Positions 29,417-39,522 are shown, numbered from the stretch's first letter. The stretch: 64,000 nt of DNA from an uncultured Acidobacteriota bacterium (GCA_963823145.1 CAWGJZ010000002.1:1306462-1370461); one strand, 5' to 3'. Numbers and translations: made by a program. The notes: generated from the letters alone by a model not told the origin.

Positions 29417-30867
29417 ATGCCTCCCGGCTTCGGGCGATACCATCTGTCGAGAAGGTCCTGCAATCCCTCGGTGACGCCGGACTTCCTCGTCCGCTGGTCC
29501 TCGACCAGGTGCGCCGTGAATTAGGCGCGCTCCGCAAGCAGAAGACGATTCCGGAATTTGACGCCGTGGTGTCGGCGATCCGAGCGAGACTCCGCAGTCT
29601 GTCCGCCGGCCGCATTCAGCCTGTGATTAATGGCACGGGAATTCTGATTCACACCAATTTTGGACGCGCCCCGCTGGGGCGGGCCGTGATCGAGAAACTG
29701 AAGGCAATCGGATCCAGCTACAACAATCTTGAATATGACCTTACCGGCGGAGCGCGAGGCGGACGCGCCGCCTATCTCGAGCGGGCGCTATCCATTTTGT
29801 GTTCCTCTGAAGCCGCAACCGTGGTGAACAACAACGCCGCTGCCCTGGTTTTGATTCTGCGCCACTTTTGCGAAGGGACCGAGGCCGCTTCCCGGCGAAG
29901 TGCCCGCAAAGGCTCACGCGGAATGCGCGCGCGCAAAAATGAAGTGATCATTTCTCGCGGCGAACTCATTCAGATCGGAGGCGGCTTCCGCATTCCGGAC
30001 ATCCTCGAATCCAGCGGTGCAAAACTGCGCGAGGTGGGCACAACCAACCATACGACGATTGGAGATTATGCTCGCGCGATCACGCGCGAAACTGCTTTGA
30101 TCCTCAAGGTTCATCGCAGCAATTTTTTTATGGGCGGATTCGTTGAGTCTCCGCACCCACAGGAAGTTGCGACATTGGCGCGAAGAAAACGTATTCCCTT
30201 TGTCGAAGATCTTGGCAGCGGCGCTATCGTCGAAACGGAAGCGACGACGGGAGTGGAACACGAGCCTACTCCTGACGAAGTGATACGTCGCGGCGTCGAT
30301 TTAGTCTGCTTCAGCGGAGACAAGCTGCTCGGAGGGCCGCAGGCGGGCATCATTGCCGGCAAAGCCGCGCTCGTTAGCGCGCTCAAGCGCAATCCGCTGT
30401 TTCGCGCGCTCCGGTGCGACAAACTGATTCTATCCGCGTTGGAAACCACCGCCGATATCTACCTAGGTTCTGGAGCAGGATCCAGCGCATCGGATGAAGC
30501 CATGCGCGCTACGGCATGCATTCCGGTTCTGGAGATGCTGAACGCGTCGTTGGATACATTGCGTTCGCGCGCCGATAAACTCATGTCGGCGCTTGCGGGG
30601 CTTCCATTGAGCGCCAGTGTCGGCGTCGGGCAGGCGCAAATCGGCGGAGGGACGCTGCCACAGTCGGTGATTTCCTCGGTGACCATCGATCTCTCCCACA
30701 AAACGCTTAAGCCGCAAGATCTCGCCACAAGATTGAGGGAACACACTGTGCCGGTAGTCGGATATATCGCGCGCGGTAAGCTGAAGTTGGATTTGCGGAC
30801 GATTTTCCCGCGCCAGGACGCTCAAGTGGCCGCTGCAATCAGAGCGGTGGTGGCCGAAAGCGTTTGA
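29413..30867 (+). CDS. selA: L-seryl-tRNA(Sec) selenium transferase
   Basis: Start ATG 29413 overlaps the selD stop (ATGA). Motifs MNASRLRAIPSVEKVL, NNNAAALVL, SRGELIQIGGGFRIPD, FSGDKLLGGPQAGI (PLP Lys). The ORF-track N-terminus (29083-29412) overlaps selD and was rejected. Confidence 0.93.
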   Translation: MNASRLRAIPSVEKVLQSLGDAGLPRPLVLDQVRRELGALRKQKTIPEFDAVVSAIRARLRSLSAGRIQPVINGTGILIHTNFGRAPLGRAVIEKLKAIGSSYNNLEYDLTGGARGGRAAYLERALSILCSSEAATVVNNNAAALVLILRHFCEGTEAASRRSARKGSRGMRARKNEVIISRGELIQIGGGFRIPDILESSGAKLREVGTTNHTTIGDYARAITRETALILKVHRSNFFMGGFVESPHPQEVATLARRKRIPFVEDLGSGAIVETEATTGVEHEPTPDEVIRRGVDLVCFSGDKLLGGPQAGIIAGKAALVSALKRNPLFRALRCDKLILSALETTADIYLGSGAGSSASDEAMRATACIPVLEMLNASLDTLRSRADKLMSALAGLPLSASVGVGQAQIGGGTLPQSVISSVTIDLSHKTLKPQDLATRLREHTVPVVGYIARGKLKLDLRTIFPRQDAQVAAAIRAVVAESV

Positions 30868-30924
30868 CGAGAATCGGCGGGCGGCTTCGTTCGCGTGAGT
30901 TTCTGAAGGAGAAGTGATTCGCCA

Positions 30925-32850
30925 ATGGAAGGCGCACGCCATTTCATATTAGCCACCGCAGGACACGTGGACCACGGCAAGAGCGCTTTGGTCAAAGCGC
31001 TTACAGGCACCGATCCCGACCGCTTGCCCGAAGAGCAACTAAGAGGAATCACAATCGATCTCGGTTTCGCGCATCTCGAACTGCCATCCACGGCGGGCAA
31101 ATCCCCGATAATTCTCGGAATTATTGACGTGCCGGGACACGAAGATTTCGTAAAAAATATGGTGGCGGGTGTCGGTTCGATTGATTTGTCCCTGCTCGTT
31201 GTGGCCGCCGACGATGGCTGGATGCCGCAGACCGAAGAGCACTTGCAAATTCTCACCTATCTCGGCGTGAAACGCGCCGTTGTGGCACTGACGAAAATCG
31301 ACTTAGCGCAAAACGAACAAAGCATCGTGGCTGCGATCCGCGAAAAATTGAAGGACACGCCGCTTGCGGACGCGCCAATTGTCGCCACATCAGTTGTCAC
31401 TGGACGCGGAATCGGCGACGTGAAGACCGCTCTCGCGCAAGTTCTCGCGGACGCACCAGCTCCGGCGGATATTGGCAAGCCGCGCCTGCCCGTTGACCGC
31501 GTATTTAAATTGCAAGGCATCGGAACGGTAGTCACCGGCACCTTGAGCGGAGGAATATTGCGCCGCGGGCAGAATGTGGTGATCCAACCTTCGGCCAAGA
31601 CCGCGCGCATTCGCAGCGTCCAATCTCATAATCGCGACTTGGAAACCAGCGGGCCAGGTTCGCGCACCGCGCTCAATCTTTCCCTCGATGATGTCGAGGA
31701 TGTTCATCGCGGCGATGTGATCACCTCGAGTGAGTTGGGAGGGCCGAGCAGCACCATCGACGCGCTCCTTGAGATTTCCGCGAGGGCCGCGCGTCCCGTA
31801 AAGGACGGCGCGCGTGTGCACGTTCACCACGGCAGCGGAAACACCGCCGCTCGAATTGCTTTTCACAACCGCGATGATTTGGCGCCCGGCCAACGCGCCT
31901 TGGCTCAATTGCGAGTGGAAGAACCGGCCTTCGTATTTGCGGGAGATCGGTTTGTGCTCCGGGATTGGTCTGAACACAGCACGCTAGCGGGAGGAATTGT
32001 TCTCGATCCGGACGCGAGCCAGCGCCTGTTTCACGGCGAGGCCCGTGCGCGATTTCTTTCTCCTCGCGCGCAGGCTCCGGATGACGCCGGAAGCTTCGTG
32101 GCTTCACAATTGGCGCGAGATGGTGCTGCGAAAAAATCTCAGATGCTTCGGAAATCGCGATTCAGCGCGGACGCTGTTGCTGCCGCCGTTTCTAAGTTAC
32201 AAGCGGACGGCAGCGCCATGGTTGCGGACGAGATGGTAATCGAGGCTGCCGTCTGGAAGAAAGTCCGGCAGCGCGCCGTCGAAGCAATCGACGCGCGGCA
32301 CCGGGCGCACCCCGAACAGGCCGGCTTGCCTCTCACGGATTTGCGCGCCACGCTCGAATTGGATGCGCCCGTCGCCGAAACATTTGATGCCATCGTCGCG
32401 GATTTGTGCGTGCGCGAATTTGCTCGTTCGGGAAATGCGATTCGCCGTGTGGCTCATCGCCCCGCTCTGTCGCCGCAGCTTCAATCAGCCAGCGCGCGAA
32501 TCCGCGCCGTGCTGGCCGCCAAGCCGTTCGATCCGCCCTCGCGAAAAGATGTGGCCCCGGACGTAGCGTCGCAGCAGGCTTTGCGATTCCTGATTGAAAG
32601 TGGCGAGGTATTCGAGGTGAGTTCTGAAATCGTGCTGGCCGCCGAGAGCGCCAAGCGCGCCACCGAAATGGTTCGCGAGTTCATCCGCTCCCACGGACCG
32701 GCAACCGTAAGCGAATTGCGCCAGATGCTAGGTAACAGCCGCCGCGTCGCGCTACCCCTGCTGGAACGGCTGGACCGCGATGGCGTGACGCTGCGCCAAG
32801 GCGACAAACGGTCTCTGCGGCAGCCGATTCCGCAAAGAGTACTACGCTGA
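30925..32850 (+). CDS. selB: selenocysteine-specific translation elongation factor
   Basis: GTPase motifs (GHVDHGKS, DVPGHEDF, TKID) followed by a long C-terminal extension of winged-helix-like repeats. 641 aa. Confidence 0.93.
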   Translation: MEGARHFILATAGHVDHGKSALVKALTGTDPDRLPEEQLRGITIDLGFAHLELPSTAGKSPIILGIIDVPGHEDFVKNMVAGVGSIDLSLLVVAADDGWMPQTEEHLQILTYLGVKRAVVALTKIDLAQNEQSIVAAIREKLKDTPLADAPIVATSVVTGRGIGDVKTALAQVLADAPAPADIGKPRLPVDRVFKLQGIGTVVTGTLSGGILRRGQNVVIQPSAKTARIRSVQSHNRDLETSGPGSRTALNLSLDDVEDVHRGDVITSSELGGPSSTIDALLEISARAARPVKDGARVHVHHGSGNTAARIAFHNRDDLAPGQRALAQLRVEEPAFVFAGDRFVLRDWSEHSTLAGGIVLDPDASQRLFHGEARARFLSPRAQAPDDAGSFVASQLARDGAAKKSQMLRKSRFSADAVAAAVSKLQADGSAMVADEMVIEAAVWKKVRQRAVEAIDARHRAHPEQAGLPLTDLRATLELDAPVAETFDAIVADLCVREFARSGNAIRRVAHRPALSPQLQSASARIRAVLAAKPFDPPSRKDVAPDVASQQALRFLIESGEVFEVSSEIVLAAESAKRATEMVREFIRSHGPATVSELRQMLGNSRRVALPLLERLDRDGVTLRQGDKRSLRQPIPQRVLR

Positions 32851-33086
32851 GCTTCGACACACTAACACCGGCAGCGCCGGTCGAAATCGAAACCGGCGTT
32901 ATCTGCAATGAGTTTCTCTCCGCGATTCCTGCTCTAAATTGTGGGCACGCTTGCGACCAATCATTTTTTCGCCGCCCCTTAACAAAAGTAAGTCCTTATA
33001 GAGCAATAACTTACGATAATCGCAACGCCGATGTGAATATTTCGAGCTACGAGAAACCATAGGATGGTATACTGCATCGTAATCGC

Positions 33087-33353
33087 ATGAGCCAAAAACG
33101 AAAAGGAACTGGACGTTTAGTGCCGACCCGGCCCACCGGCGTGGAGTACCGTGTAAATTACGGAATCCACGTCGTTTCCGAGCCTCGCAAACATGGTCGA
33201 GGTATCAGCCCTGCCCGTTGGGCGCGCTGCTCCGTGCGTTCTTCGAGCGCCCACCGCATACCCAAGGGAGATTATTTCCTTCACGCTGATGAGGGCGGTG
33301 TCTTCCAATTAAAGTATACGGGCAACGTTTGGCAGTATCTCGCCGCCGCGTAA
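33087..33353 (+). CDS. small hypothetical protein
   Basis: 88 aa ORF in an AT-richer intergenic island. A TGGTATACT extended -10-like motif lies about 20 nt upstream and a hairpin (33375-33404) lies downstream. No family recognised. Confidence 0.4.
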   Translation: MSQKRKGTGRLVPTRPTGVEYRVNYGIHVVSEPRKHGRGISPARWARCSVRSSSAHRIPKGDYFLHADEGGVFQLKYTGNVWQYLAAA

Positions 33354-33427
33354 ACCCTTCGCCGATTTATAATTGCAGCTCCTCCCCTTAACGGGTAGAG
33401 CTGCGTTCATTCAGTCTTGGCTATCGA

Positions 33428-33772
33428 CTACAAGAAGAAGCTGCGGAGAGCGTCCTGTTCGTCAGGGAAATCGGTGAGTATCGTGTGAAGATTTGTAACT
33501 TGCAGAACTTCCTGGGCTCGAGAGCTTAGGTCAACTGCTTTCAGCTCAGCGCCATTCTTGTTAGCCGTGCAGAACCCGCGAACGAGCTGGCCGATGCCCG
33601 AGCTGTCGAGGTAGGTAACCGCTTGAAGGTTAAGCAGTACCTTCCTCCGTCCCTCGCGGAAAAGATCTGTCAACAACTCGTGGATCGCCTCCCCTTCAAT
33701 CAAGGTGAAGCGGCCCCGAATATCGATGACCGTAACGTCGCCAAATTGGCGAGTCCCAACACCAAACCCCAA
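33428..33772 (-). CDS. STAS-domain anti-sigma-factor antagonist
   Basis: 114 aa. VTVIDIRGRFTL...VLLNLQAVTYLDSSGIGQLV is the SpoIIAA-like STAS pattern, with the phosphorylatable Ser in DSSG. Confidence 0.85.
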   Translation of the reverse strand: MGFGVGTRQFGDVTVIDIRGRFTLIEGEAIHELLTDLFREGRRKVLLNLQAVTYLDSSGIGQLVRGFCTANKNGAELKAVDLSSRAQEVLQVTNLHTILTDFPDEQDALRSFFL

Positions 33773-33975
33773 GGCCGCTCTTCCTCCGGAGCCGGTATTC
33801 TAATCCACTCGGCCTGGAATCGGAAGCCCACGCTAGAGGGACCATCCCCTGGATCCCAGCCCAGTCCCCGGTCAACAAAACGCAGCGGAAAGTTTCGCGG
33901 AAAGGGTCTATGATGGCGCGCGGTTGCGCCTGCCAGCACAGCGCACATTACCCCCCAGCCTGAGAAGGAGAAACG

Positions 33976-34899
33976 ATGAGAGCCATCAACGAAATCACCA
34001 TCACGGATGCGGCGCTCGAGCAAATGTCATCGACTTCCAGTCCGCGCCTCCGCGAGATCATGGCGTCCTTGGTACGCCACTTGCACTCTTTCGCTCGCGA
34101 AGTGGACCTCACGCCGGCAGAATGGCTCGAGGGAATTCGCTTCCTCACCGCGGTCGGCCAGAAATGCACGGAGCATCGCCAGGAGTTTATTCTTCTCTCG
34201 GACACTCTCGGCCTCAGCGCGCTCACCAACGCCCTGCACGATAAGCGCGCCACCGCAGCCGCCACAAAATCCAGCTTGCTCGGCCCCTTCTACCGCCAGG
34301 ACGCCCCCATGATGAAGCTTGGCGACTCCATCATCTCCGAAAGCGAAGGGACCGAGGTTGTCTTTTACGGGCAAGTGATCGATTCGAATGGGCGCGGCAT
34401 TCCCAACGCGCTGGTACAGGTCTGGGAGCCCGACGAAACCGGCAATTACGATTTGCAGAAGCACGATCCCTCGACGATGGATCTTCGCGGATGTTTTCGC
34501 GCTGATGAGCAAGGACGCTATTACTTTCGCGGCCTCTGCCCCACCGGTTACATGATCCCGATGGACGGCCCCGTCGGCGACATGATCCGCGTGCAAAAGC
34601 GGCACGGTTATCGTCCCGCCCACATTCATTTCGTGATCGGCGCGCCGGGCTATCGCGAACTCGTCACCGCGCTTTACGTGGCTGGCGACGCGCATATCGA
34701 TTCGGATACCGTTTTTGGCGTCGACGAATCGCTGGTCATCAGCCTGAATAAAACCGACCGGTCCTCTCCTCTGCCAGACTTGCCGAGCATCCATTACGAT
34801 TTCCGCCTCGCTGCGGCAAAGGATCAAATGACCGGACGTGTGGGCGCGGACCCGTCGCAGATCACCGGCAAAGCTACGGGAAGCGTGGCATCGCACTGA
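33976..34899 (+). CDS. intradiol ring-cleavage dioxygenase (hydroxyquinol/catechol 1,2-dioxygenase type)
   Basis: N-terminal helical dimerisation domain (LREIMASLVRHLHSFAREVDLTPAEWLEGIRFL) and a catalytic core with YRPAHIHF iron ligands. Confidence 0.9.
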   Translation: MRAINEITITDAALEQMSSTSSPRLREIMASLVRHLHSFAREVDLTPAEWLEGIRFLTAVGQKCTEHRQEFILLSDTLGLSALTNALHDKRATAAATKSSLLGPFYRQDAPMMKLGDSIISESEGTEVVFYGQVIDSNGRGIPNALVQVWEPDETGNYDLQKHDPSTMDLRGCFRADEQGRYYFRGLCPTGYMIPMDGPVGDMIRVQKRHGYRPAHIHFVIGAPGYRELVTALYVAGDAHIDSDTVFGVDESLVISLNKTDRSSPLPDLPSIHYDFRLAAAKDQMTGRVGADPSQITGKATGSVASH

Positions 34900-34938
34900 T
34901 CCGGGAGTCGAGGGCGCGGGAAATCGTGAAGAGCCGGA

Positions 34939-35979
34939 TCAGTTGGCGGCGCGGCGATGAATCTCCGCGCGGACCAGCTTCGCCCCGCCCGCTAGCGCAC
35001 TGAGCTTTCCAAATGCCACCTCTGCGGGCAGATACTTCATTCCGCAATCGGGCGCAAGAACCAGCCGGTCTGACGGAACAAACGGCAGCGCGCGCTTGAT
35101 TCGCGCAGCCACAATCTGCGGCGTCTCCACCTGGTGGGTCGACAGATCGATCACGCCCAAAATGATCGTTTTCCTCGGCAGCTTCGCCAGCACGCTAGTA
35201 TCAAGCGACGACTGCGCCGTCTCGATCGAAATCTGGCGAACGGGCGAGTCCGCCAGTTCCTCCAGAAACGAATAAGCCGCCGGCCTTCCCGGAACCAGCG
35301 CCGCGTAGCCAAAGCAGATGTGAAGCGCGGTGGTTCCGCCGATGCCCTCGAGCGCCCTCCGAAGAGCGGCCAGCCCGAAGCGCCGCGCTTTTTCCGGGTG
35401 CGCCTCCATCCACGGCTCGTCGATTTGAACGATGTCCGCCCCGGCCGCGAAAAGGTCTTTCATCTCGGCATTCACGGCGGCAGCGTAATCGAGAGCCATT
35501 TCCTCTTCGGTGTCGTAGTAATCGTTCTGCGCTTGCTGCGACATCGTGAAAGGTCCCGGCACGGTAATCTTGATCGGGCGAGAAGTGTTCGCGCGCAGAA
35601 ATTGCAAATCGCGCACTTCCACCGGATGTCTGCGGCGAATTTTGCCGACTACCCGCGGAACGGAAGTTTCGCTTCCGCTGCGGCTGATGATTTTGCCGGG
35701 ATTTTCGAGGTCCACTCCATCGAGCGCGGTGGCGAAACGATTCGAATAGCTTTCGCGCCGCATCTCTCCGTCCGTTATCACGTCCAATCCCGCGAGTTCC
35801 TGCGCGCGAATGGCGAGCAGCGTGGCGTCATCCTGCGCTTGCTCGAGCCACTCGGGCGCCACGCGCCACAATTCCGAAGCGCGCACTCGCGGAGGCATCC
35901 GGTGCGCCAGTTTCTGCCGGTCGATCAGCCAGTCCGGCTGCGGGTAAGAGCCGACCAGCGAAGTAGGTAGCAGCGTCAT
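34939..35979 (-). CDS. cobalamin-independent methionine synthase family protein (MetE C-terminal-domain-like)
   Basis: 346 aa. LPTSLVGSYPQPDWL at the N-terminus, HICFGY and a C-terminal PDCGMKY zinc-ligand motif. Confidence 0.88.
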   Translation of the reverse strand: MTLLPTSLVGSYPQPDWLIDRQKLAHRMPPRVRASELWRVAPEWLEQAQDDATLLAIRAQELAGLDVITDGEMRRESYSNRFATALDGVDLENPGKIISRSGSETSVPRVVGKIRRRHPVEVRDLQFLRANTSRPIKITVPGPFTMSQQAQNDYYDTEEEMALDYAAAVNAEMKDLFAAGADIVQIDEPWMEAHPEKARRFGLAALRRALEGIGGTTALHICFGYAALVPGRPAAYSFLEELADSPVRQISIETAQSSLDTSVLAKLPRKTIILGVIDLSTHQVETPQIVAARIKRALPFVPSDRLVLAPDCGMKYLPAEVAFGKLSALAGGAKLVRAEIHRRAAN

Positions 35980-36025
35980 GGGGAATTAACTGTGGGATTC
36001 ACACCGCGCAATTGTCAAGCGGATT

Positions 36026-36075
36026 GTGGCGCAGGCACTCTTGCCTGCGCGCGTAAGTCGAGGCAATCAGTGAGC
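36026..36075 (+). repeat. REP-like element, family A, copy 3 (truncated, first hairpin only)
   Basis: GTGGCGCAGGCACTCTTGCCTGCGCGCGTAAGTCGAGGCAATCAG. It lacks the distal CCAGCAAACTGAGTCACT arm and sits between convergent/divergent genes. Confidence 0.75.
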
Positions 36076-36085
36076 CGCAGCCTCG

Positions 36086-37375
36086 CTAGACCGAATGAGC
36101 GGAAACGGCCGCTCCAGCCGCAGCGCGGCGCGCGCGCACGCGAAGCACTTTTCGCTGATTGGCCTCCAGCACTTCAAACCGTAGCCCGTCAAATTCAATC
36201 ACTTCGCTAGTGCGCGGAACATGGCCCGCAACTCCATTCAGCAGTCCCGCGATAGTAGTCGCATTGGGATGTTGCGTCGCCGCTTCCAGTTGAACCCCGA
36301 AAAGTTCACCGAGCTTGTCCACGGGCACGCTCCCGCGCAGAACCATGGCCCCGCCCGATTCGCGGATCACATCCGGCACCGATTTTCGGTCCTCTTCGCC
36401 AATTTCTCCCACGATCTCCTCGACCAGGTCTTCCACGGTAACCACGCCTGAGACCAGTCCATATTCGTCGATCACGATGGCCATCTGCTGATTGGTTCGC
36501 TGCATTTCCTTCAGCAGTTCGGATCCGAACTTCATCTCGGGCACAAAAAGCGCCGGCCTCATAATCTCGCGGACGGTGCGGTGCGCGGCGTCCCGGTCCG
36601 GTACCTGAAGCATCTCGCGCGCCATCGCGATGCCTGCGATGTCGTCGAGCGACTTTTCGTAAACCGGCAGCCGTGAAAACTTCGTCTCCACCACGCGCTC
36701 GCGAAACTCCTCGAGTGTGGCCCTGGCGGAAATGGCGATCACATCCGGCCGCGGCGTCATCACCTCGCGCACGCGTTTGTCGCCGAACTCAACCACCTGT
36801 TCGATCAACCGGGCGTCGTGCTGTTCGATGATTCCTTCTTCCGTGGCGGCGTCCACGAAAGCCTCGATTGCTTGCTGCTCCTTGGCGGGCGTGCTCGGCT
36901 CCTCCTCGGAAAGCCGGAGCACGGAAAGAATTAGATCGATAAATGCGTGAATCGGCCAACTAAGCCACAAGAACGCTCTCACCACCGGCACCAGCGGCGC
37001 CGACCAGTTTCCCGCCGATCCCGCGATCAGGAGCATCGGCAGCAGGTGCATGGCCACCACAACTTCCGTGCCCAGCAGCAGCGCTGCTTCCACGATCGCT
37101 TCCCGGACGTCGGGGACGAGGAAAAAAACGCCTAGGGTGGTTACGGCGGCCACCGCCACAAGCCACAGCCGCGCGAGCAGGCTGAAAGCCAGCGAGGCGC
37201 GCGCTCGCTCCATTTTGAATCGCGGCTCGATCTCTGATTCGAATGTTTCCAGATGGCGGTGTGTGCGCCCTATCGAAACGCGCCCAAGTTCCCGGTACAC
37301 GCGGTCGAAATACGAAGCGACCACCAACCCAACCGTGAGGACCAAAACACCGAAGGTATAGAGAAAAATCTCCAT
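36086..37375 (-). CDS. CNNM/CorC-HlyC family transporter-associated protein (TM domain + CBS pair + CorC_HlyC)
   Basis: 429 aa. N-terminal hydrophobic DUF21-like region, a CBS pair (MTPRPDVIAI...IVIDEYGLVSGVVTVEDL) and a C-terminal transporter-associated domain. Directly downstream of ybeY. Confidence 0.88.
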   Translation of the reverse strand: MEIFLYTFGVLVLTVGLVVASYFDRVYRELGRVSIGRTHRHLETFESEIEPRFKMERARASLAFSLLARLWLVAVAAVTTLGVFFLVPDVREAIVEAALLLGTEVVVAMHLLPMLLIAGSAGNWSAPLVPVVRAFLWLSWPIHAFIDLILSVLRLSEEEPSTPAKEQQAIEAFVDAATEEGIIEQHDARLIEQVVEFGDKRVREVMTPRPDVIAISARATLEEFRERVVETKFSRLPVYEKSLDDIAGIAMAREMLQVPDRDAAHRTVREIMRPALFVPEMKFGSELLKEMQRTNQQMAIVIDEYGLVSGVVTVEDLVEEIVGEIGEEDRKSVPDVIRESGGAMVLRGSVPVDKLGELFGVQLEAATQHPNATTIAGLLNGVAGHVPRTSEVIEFDGLRFEVLEANQRKVLRVRARRAAAGAAVSAHSV

Positions 37376-37377
37376 CG

Positions 37378-37833
37378 CTAAACCAGCCGGAGCACGCGGC
37401 GCATCTTCTGCTCGCGACGGTCCATTTGGCCGCGGTCCGTCTCGTGGTCGTAGCCCATTAGGTGAAGCATGCCATGAAGCACAAGGATGTGCATCTCTTG
37501 CTCGAAGGTGCGACCAAAACGGCGCGCGTTGCGCCGCGCGACCGCCGGAGCGATTGCGATATCGCCGAGGTAGTTGTCGCCATCAGGTTGATTTCCGTTC
37601 GATCGCGAATTCTTGCGACTCGGTTTGCGAGCGGATTCAACGGGGAATGACAATACGTCTGTCGGGCCGGTCTTGCCACGGTAGCGGCGGTTCCACCGCG
37701 CAATTTGAGCGTTTGTGACCAGGCAGATGGCAAATGAGCCGGCGGGCAAATGCAAAGTCCGCCGCGCACGCGCGAGAAATTGTTGGAGCTCGGCCAGGGG
37801 AATTTGGGTGCGACGCTGGCGGTTGAGGATCAT
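37378..37833 (-). CDS. ybeY: rRNA maturation endoribonuclease YbeY
   Basis: HGMLHLMGYDH zinc-binding motif and TDVLSFP. Start set to ATG 37833 (MILNRQRR); the ORF-track start is 22 codons further upstream. Confidence 0.9.
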   Translation of the reverse strand: MILNRQRRTQIPLAELQQFLARARRTLHLPAGSFAICLVTNAQIARWNRRYRGKTGPTDVLSFPVESARKPSRKNSRSNGNQPDGDNYLGDIAIAPAVARRNARRFGRTFEQEMHILVLHGMLHLMGYDHETDRGQMDRREQKMRRVLRLV

Positions 37834-37919
37834 GAGCTTACTACCAAGATTTTTGCCGCCGGAATCTCTGGCCCAGGCCAGCTGGCGAATCGCGCACAAA
37901 AATTATTCGCCGGAGGCGA

Positions 37920-39485
37920 TCACTTGCCACGCGATCTCTTTGCCTGCGCCTTCGCTTTGGTGCGGATCGGCCGCTTTGTGGCGCCGCGCGCATTGGCGCG
38001 TTCGTGCTTCGCCTGAGCCTTTGCTCCAATGGCGGCGCCGGCCGAAAGCCGAGGAGTTTCGCTTGCGGCGGATTTTGCGCCTGCGGCTTCTGAAGTGCCG
38101 GCAGCCTGCTTACTATGATGTTTCGTATCCACCGCTTTCGGACCGGCAGTGGCCTCGCTTCCTTTACGCTTTTTCTTGTCTTTTTCTTCTTTCTTTTTTG
38201 GTTCTTCCTTGATTCCGGCGAGAGACCGCAGGGCTTTGGTCCGGTCTTCCGGCGTACGCGCCCTGCCGCGAAGCTGCAAGTCGAAAATTTGCTCGATAAT
38301 CTTGTCGAACTTGGGGCCGCGAGGAACGCCGAGCGCGTCCAGTTCCGCAAAAGGAAGAGCTAGGCGCATCGGCCGCCACTTTTGAATGTAGGCCCGAATT
38401 TTGGAGTTCACGCTGGAACTCGGCATTTCCGCTTCGATAAAAACCAGCATCTCCGGTGGCACGGAGGCGAGATAAAAATAGGCGTCGCGAGGCGAATTGG
38501 TTTTGCGGCTCTTCAAGACCTTTACGATCTTCTGCGCTTCGGGAATCAGATCCTCGATAGCGTTGATTTCGGCGGCGCGAAAACCGAGCTGGCGGAGAGC
38601 TGCTGAGGCTTCGCGTGATTTCAGGCGCCCCAGGATCGCGTTGATCACCGCCGTCTGCAGGCGAGGACGAATTCCAGCAACCTGAAAGTTTCCTCGTACG
38701 CGGACGAGTTTGTGGAGGCTGTCGTAATCCGGCTTGCGGTGTTGCAATTGGGGATGAATCGCGGCCAAAAACTCTCGCGCTTCCCACTGCTTTAGCGTCG
38801 CCGCCGGATTTTCCTCGCGCGCCAGTGCGCGAAGCGCGTCGCCCGCGTCCGCGCCCTCGATATTGCGATGAAGGCCGCGCTCGATGGCCAGGTCGAACCA
38901 TTCCTGCGTGCGCGATTCCATCTTGCAGCCCATGCGCGCGGCGTAGCGAAGAATACTCATCAGCCGGATCGGTTGGTTCGTGAACGCATGAATCGAAAGC
39001 GCCCGCAGCTCCTGGCGTTCCAGATCGGCGAGGCCGTTGGTCGGATCAAGCAGCAGGCCGCGGGACTGCGCATTGAGCGAAATGGCGATGGCGTTTACCG
39101 AAAAATTGCGCCGCCGCAAATCCTCGGCAATTCCCGCGAATCGATGTACGGGTTTTGCGCCGGGGCGATCGTACACGTCGTCGCGCGCCGCCGAAATGGA
39201 ACCGTCCACGTCCCCCGCGAAGATCATCTCGTAGTGGCGCAATTCCTCGTCTTCTGCGACTACCCGGGCGCCGCCTTTTTCGAGTTCGCGAACGATGCGA
39301 ACGGGGTTCCCTTCAATTGTGAAATCCAGTTCGCGAATCGGCTGGCCCGAGATGAGATCGCGGATAGCGCCGCCGCTCAGATAAACGTTCAGATCCTGGG
39401 CCCTGGCCAGCTCTTGCACCCGCTCGAGCGTGGCCCGCTGTTCGGGCGAAAGCCTGCTCTCCAGCAAGTAGATGTAATCGGGCAT
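37920..39485 (-). CDS. poly(A) polymerase/CCA-adding nucleotidyltransferase family protein with Lys-rich C-terminal tail
   Basis: N-terminal GGAIRD nucleotidyltransferase head motif followed by DFTI. C-terminal about 90 aa are Lys/Ala-rich low complexity. Confidence 0.8.
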   Translation of the reverse strand: MPDYIYLLESRLSPEQRATLERVQELARAQDLNVYLSGGAIRDLISGQPIRELDFTIEGNPVRIVRELEKGGARVVAEDEELRHYEMIFAGDVDGSISAARDDVYDRPGAKPVHRFAGIAEDLRRRNFSVNAIAISLNAQSRGLLLDPTNGLADLERQELRALSIHAFTNQPIRLMSILRYAARMGCKMESRTQEWFDLAIERGLHRNIEGADAGDALRALAREENPAATLKQWEAREFLAAIHPQLQHRKPDYDSLHKLVRVRGNFQVAGIRPRLQTAVINAILGRLKSREASAALRQLGFRAAEINAIEDLIPEAQKIVKVLKSRKTNSPRDAYFYLASVPPEMLVFIEAEMPSSSVNSKIRAYIQKWRPMRLALPFAELDALGVPRGPKFDKIIEQIFDLQLRGRARTPEDRTKALRSLAGIKEEPKKKEEKDKKKRKGSEATAGPKAVDTKHHSKQAAGTSEAAGAKSAASETPRLSAGAAIGAKAQAKHERANARGATKRPIRTKAKAQAKRSRGK

Positions 39486-39522
39486 GAAATGCCCCTCCCC
39501 CCCGTAAGGCCGCGCGAATGAT

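Noticed and set aside
33375-33404. Hairpin GCAGCTC...GAGCTGC as a bidirectional terminator between convergent genes
   Set aside because: The stem is only 7 bp with a 16-nt loop and there is no U-tract on either side. That is too weak to call a feature.
35992-36210. 72-aa ORF (…CGAGTLACARKSRQ…), and the similar peptides in 6920-7354 and 7086-7349
   Set aside because: The shared peptide arises from translating the family A DNA repeat. The flanks are unrelated, or antisense to real genes.
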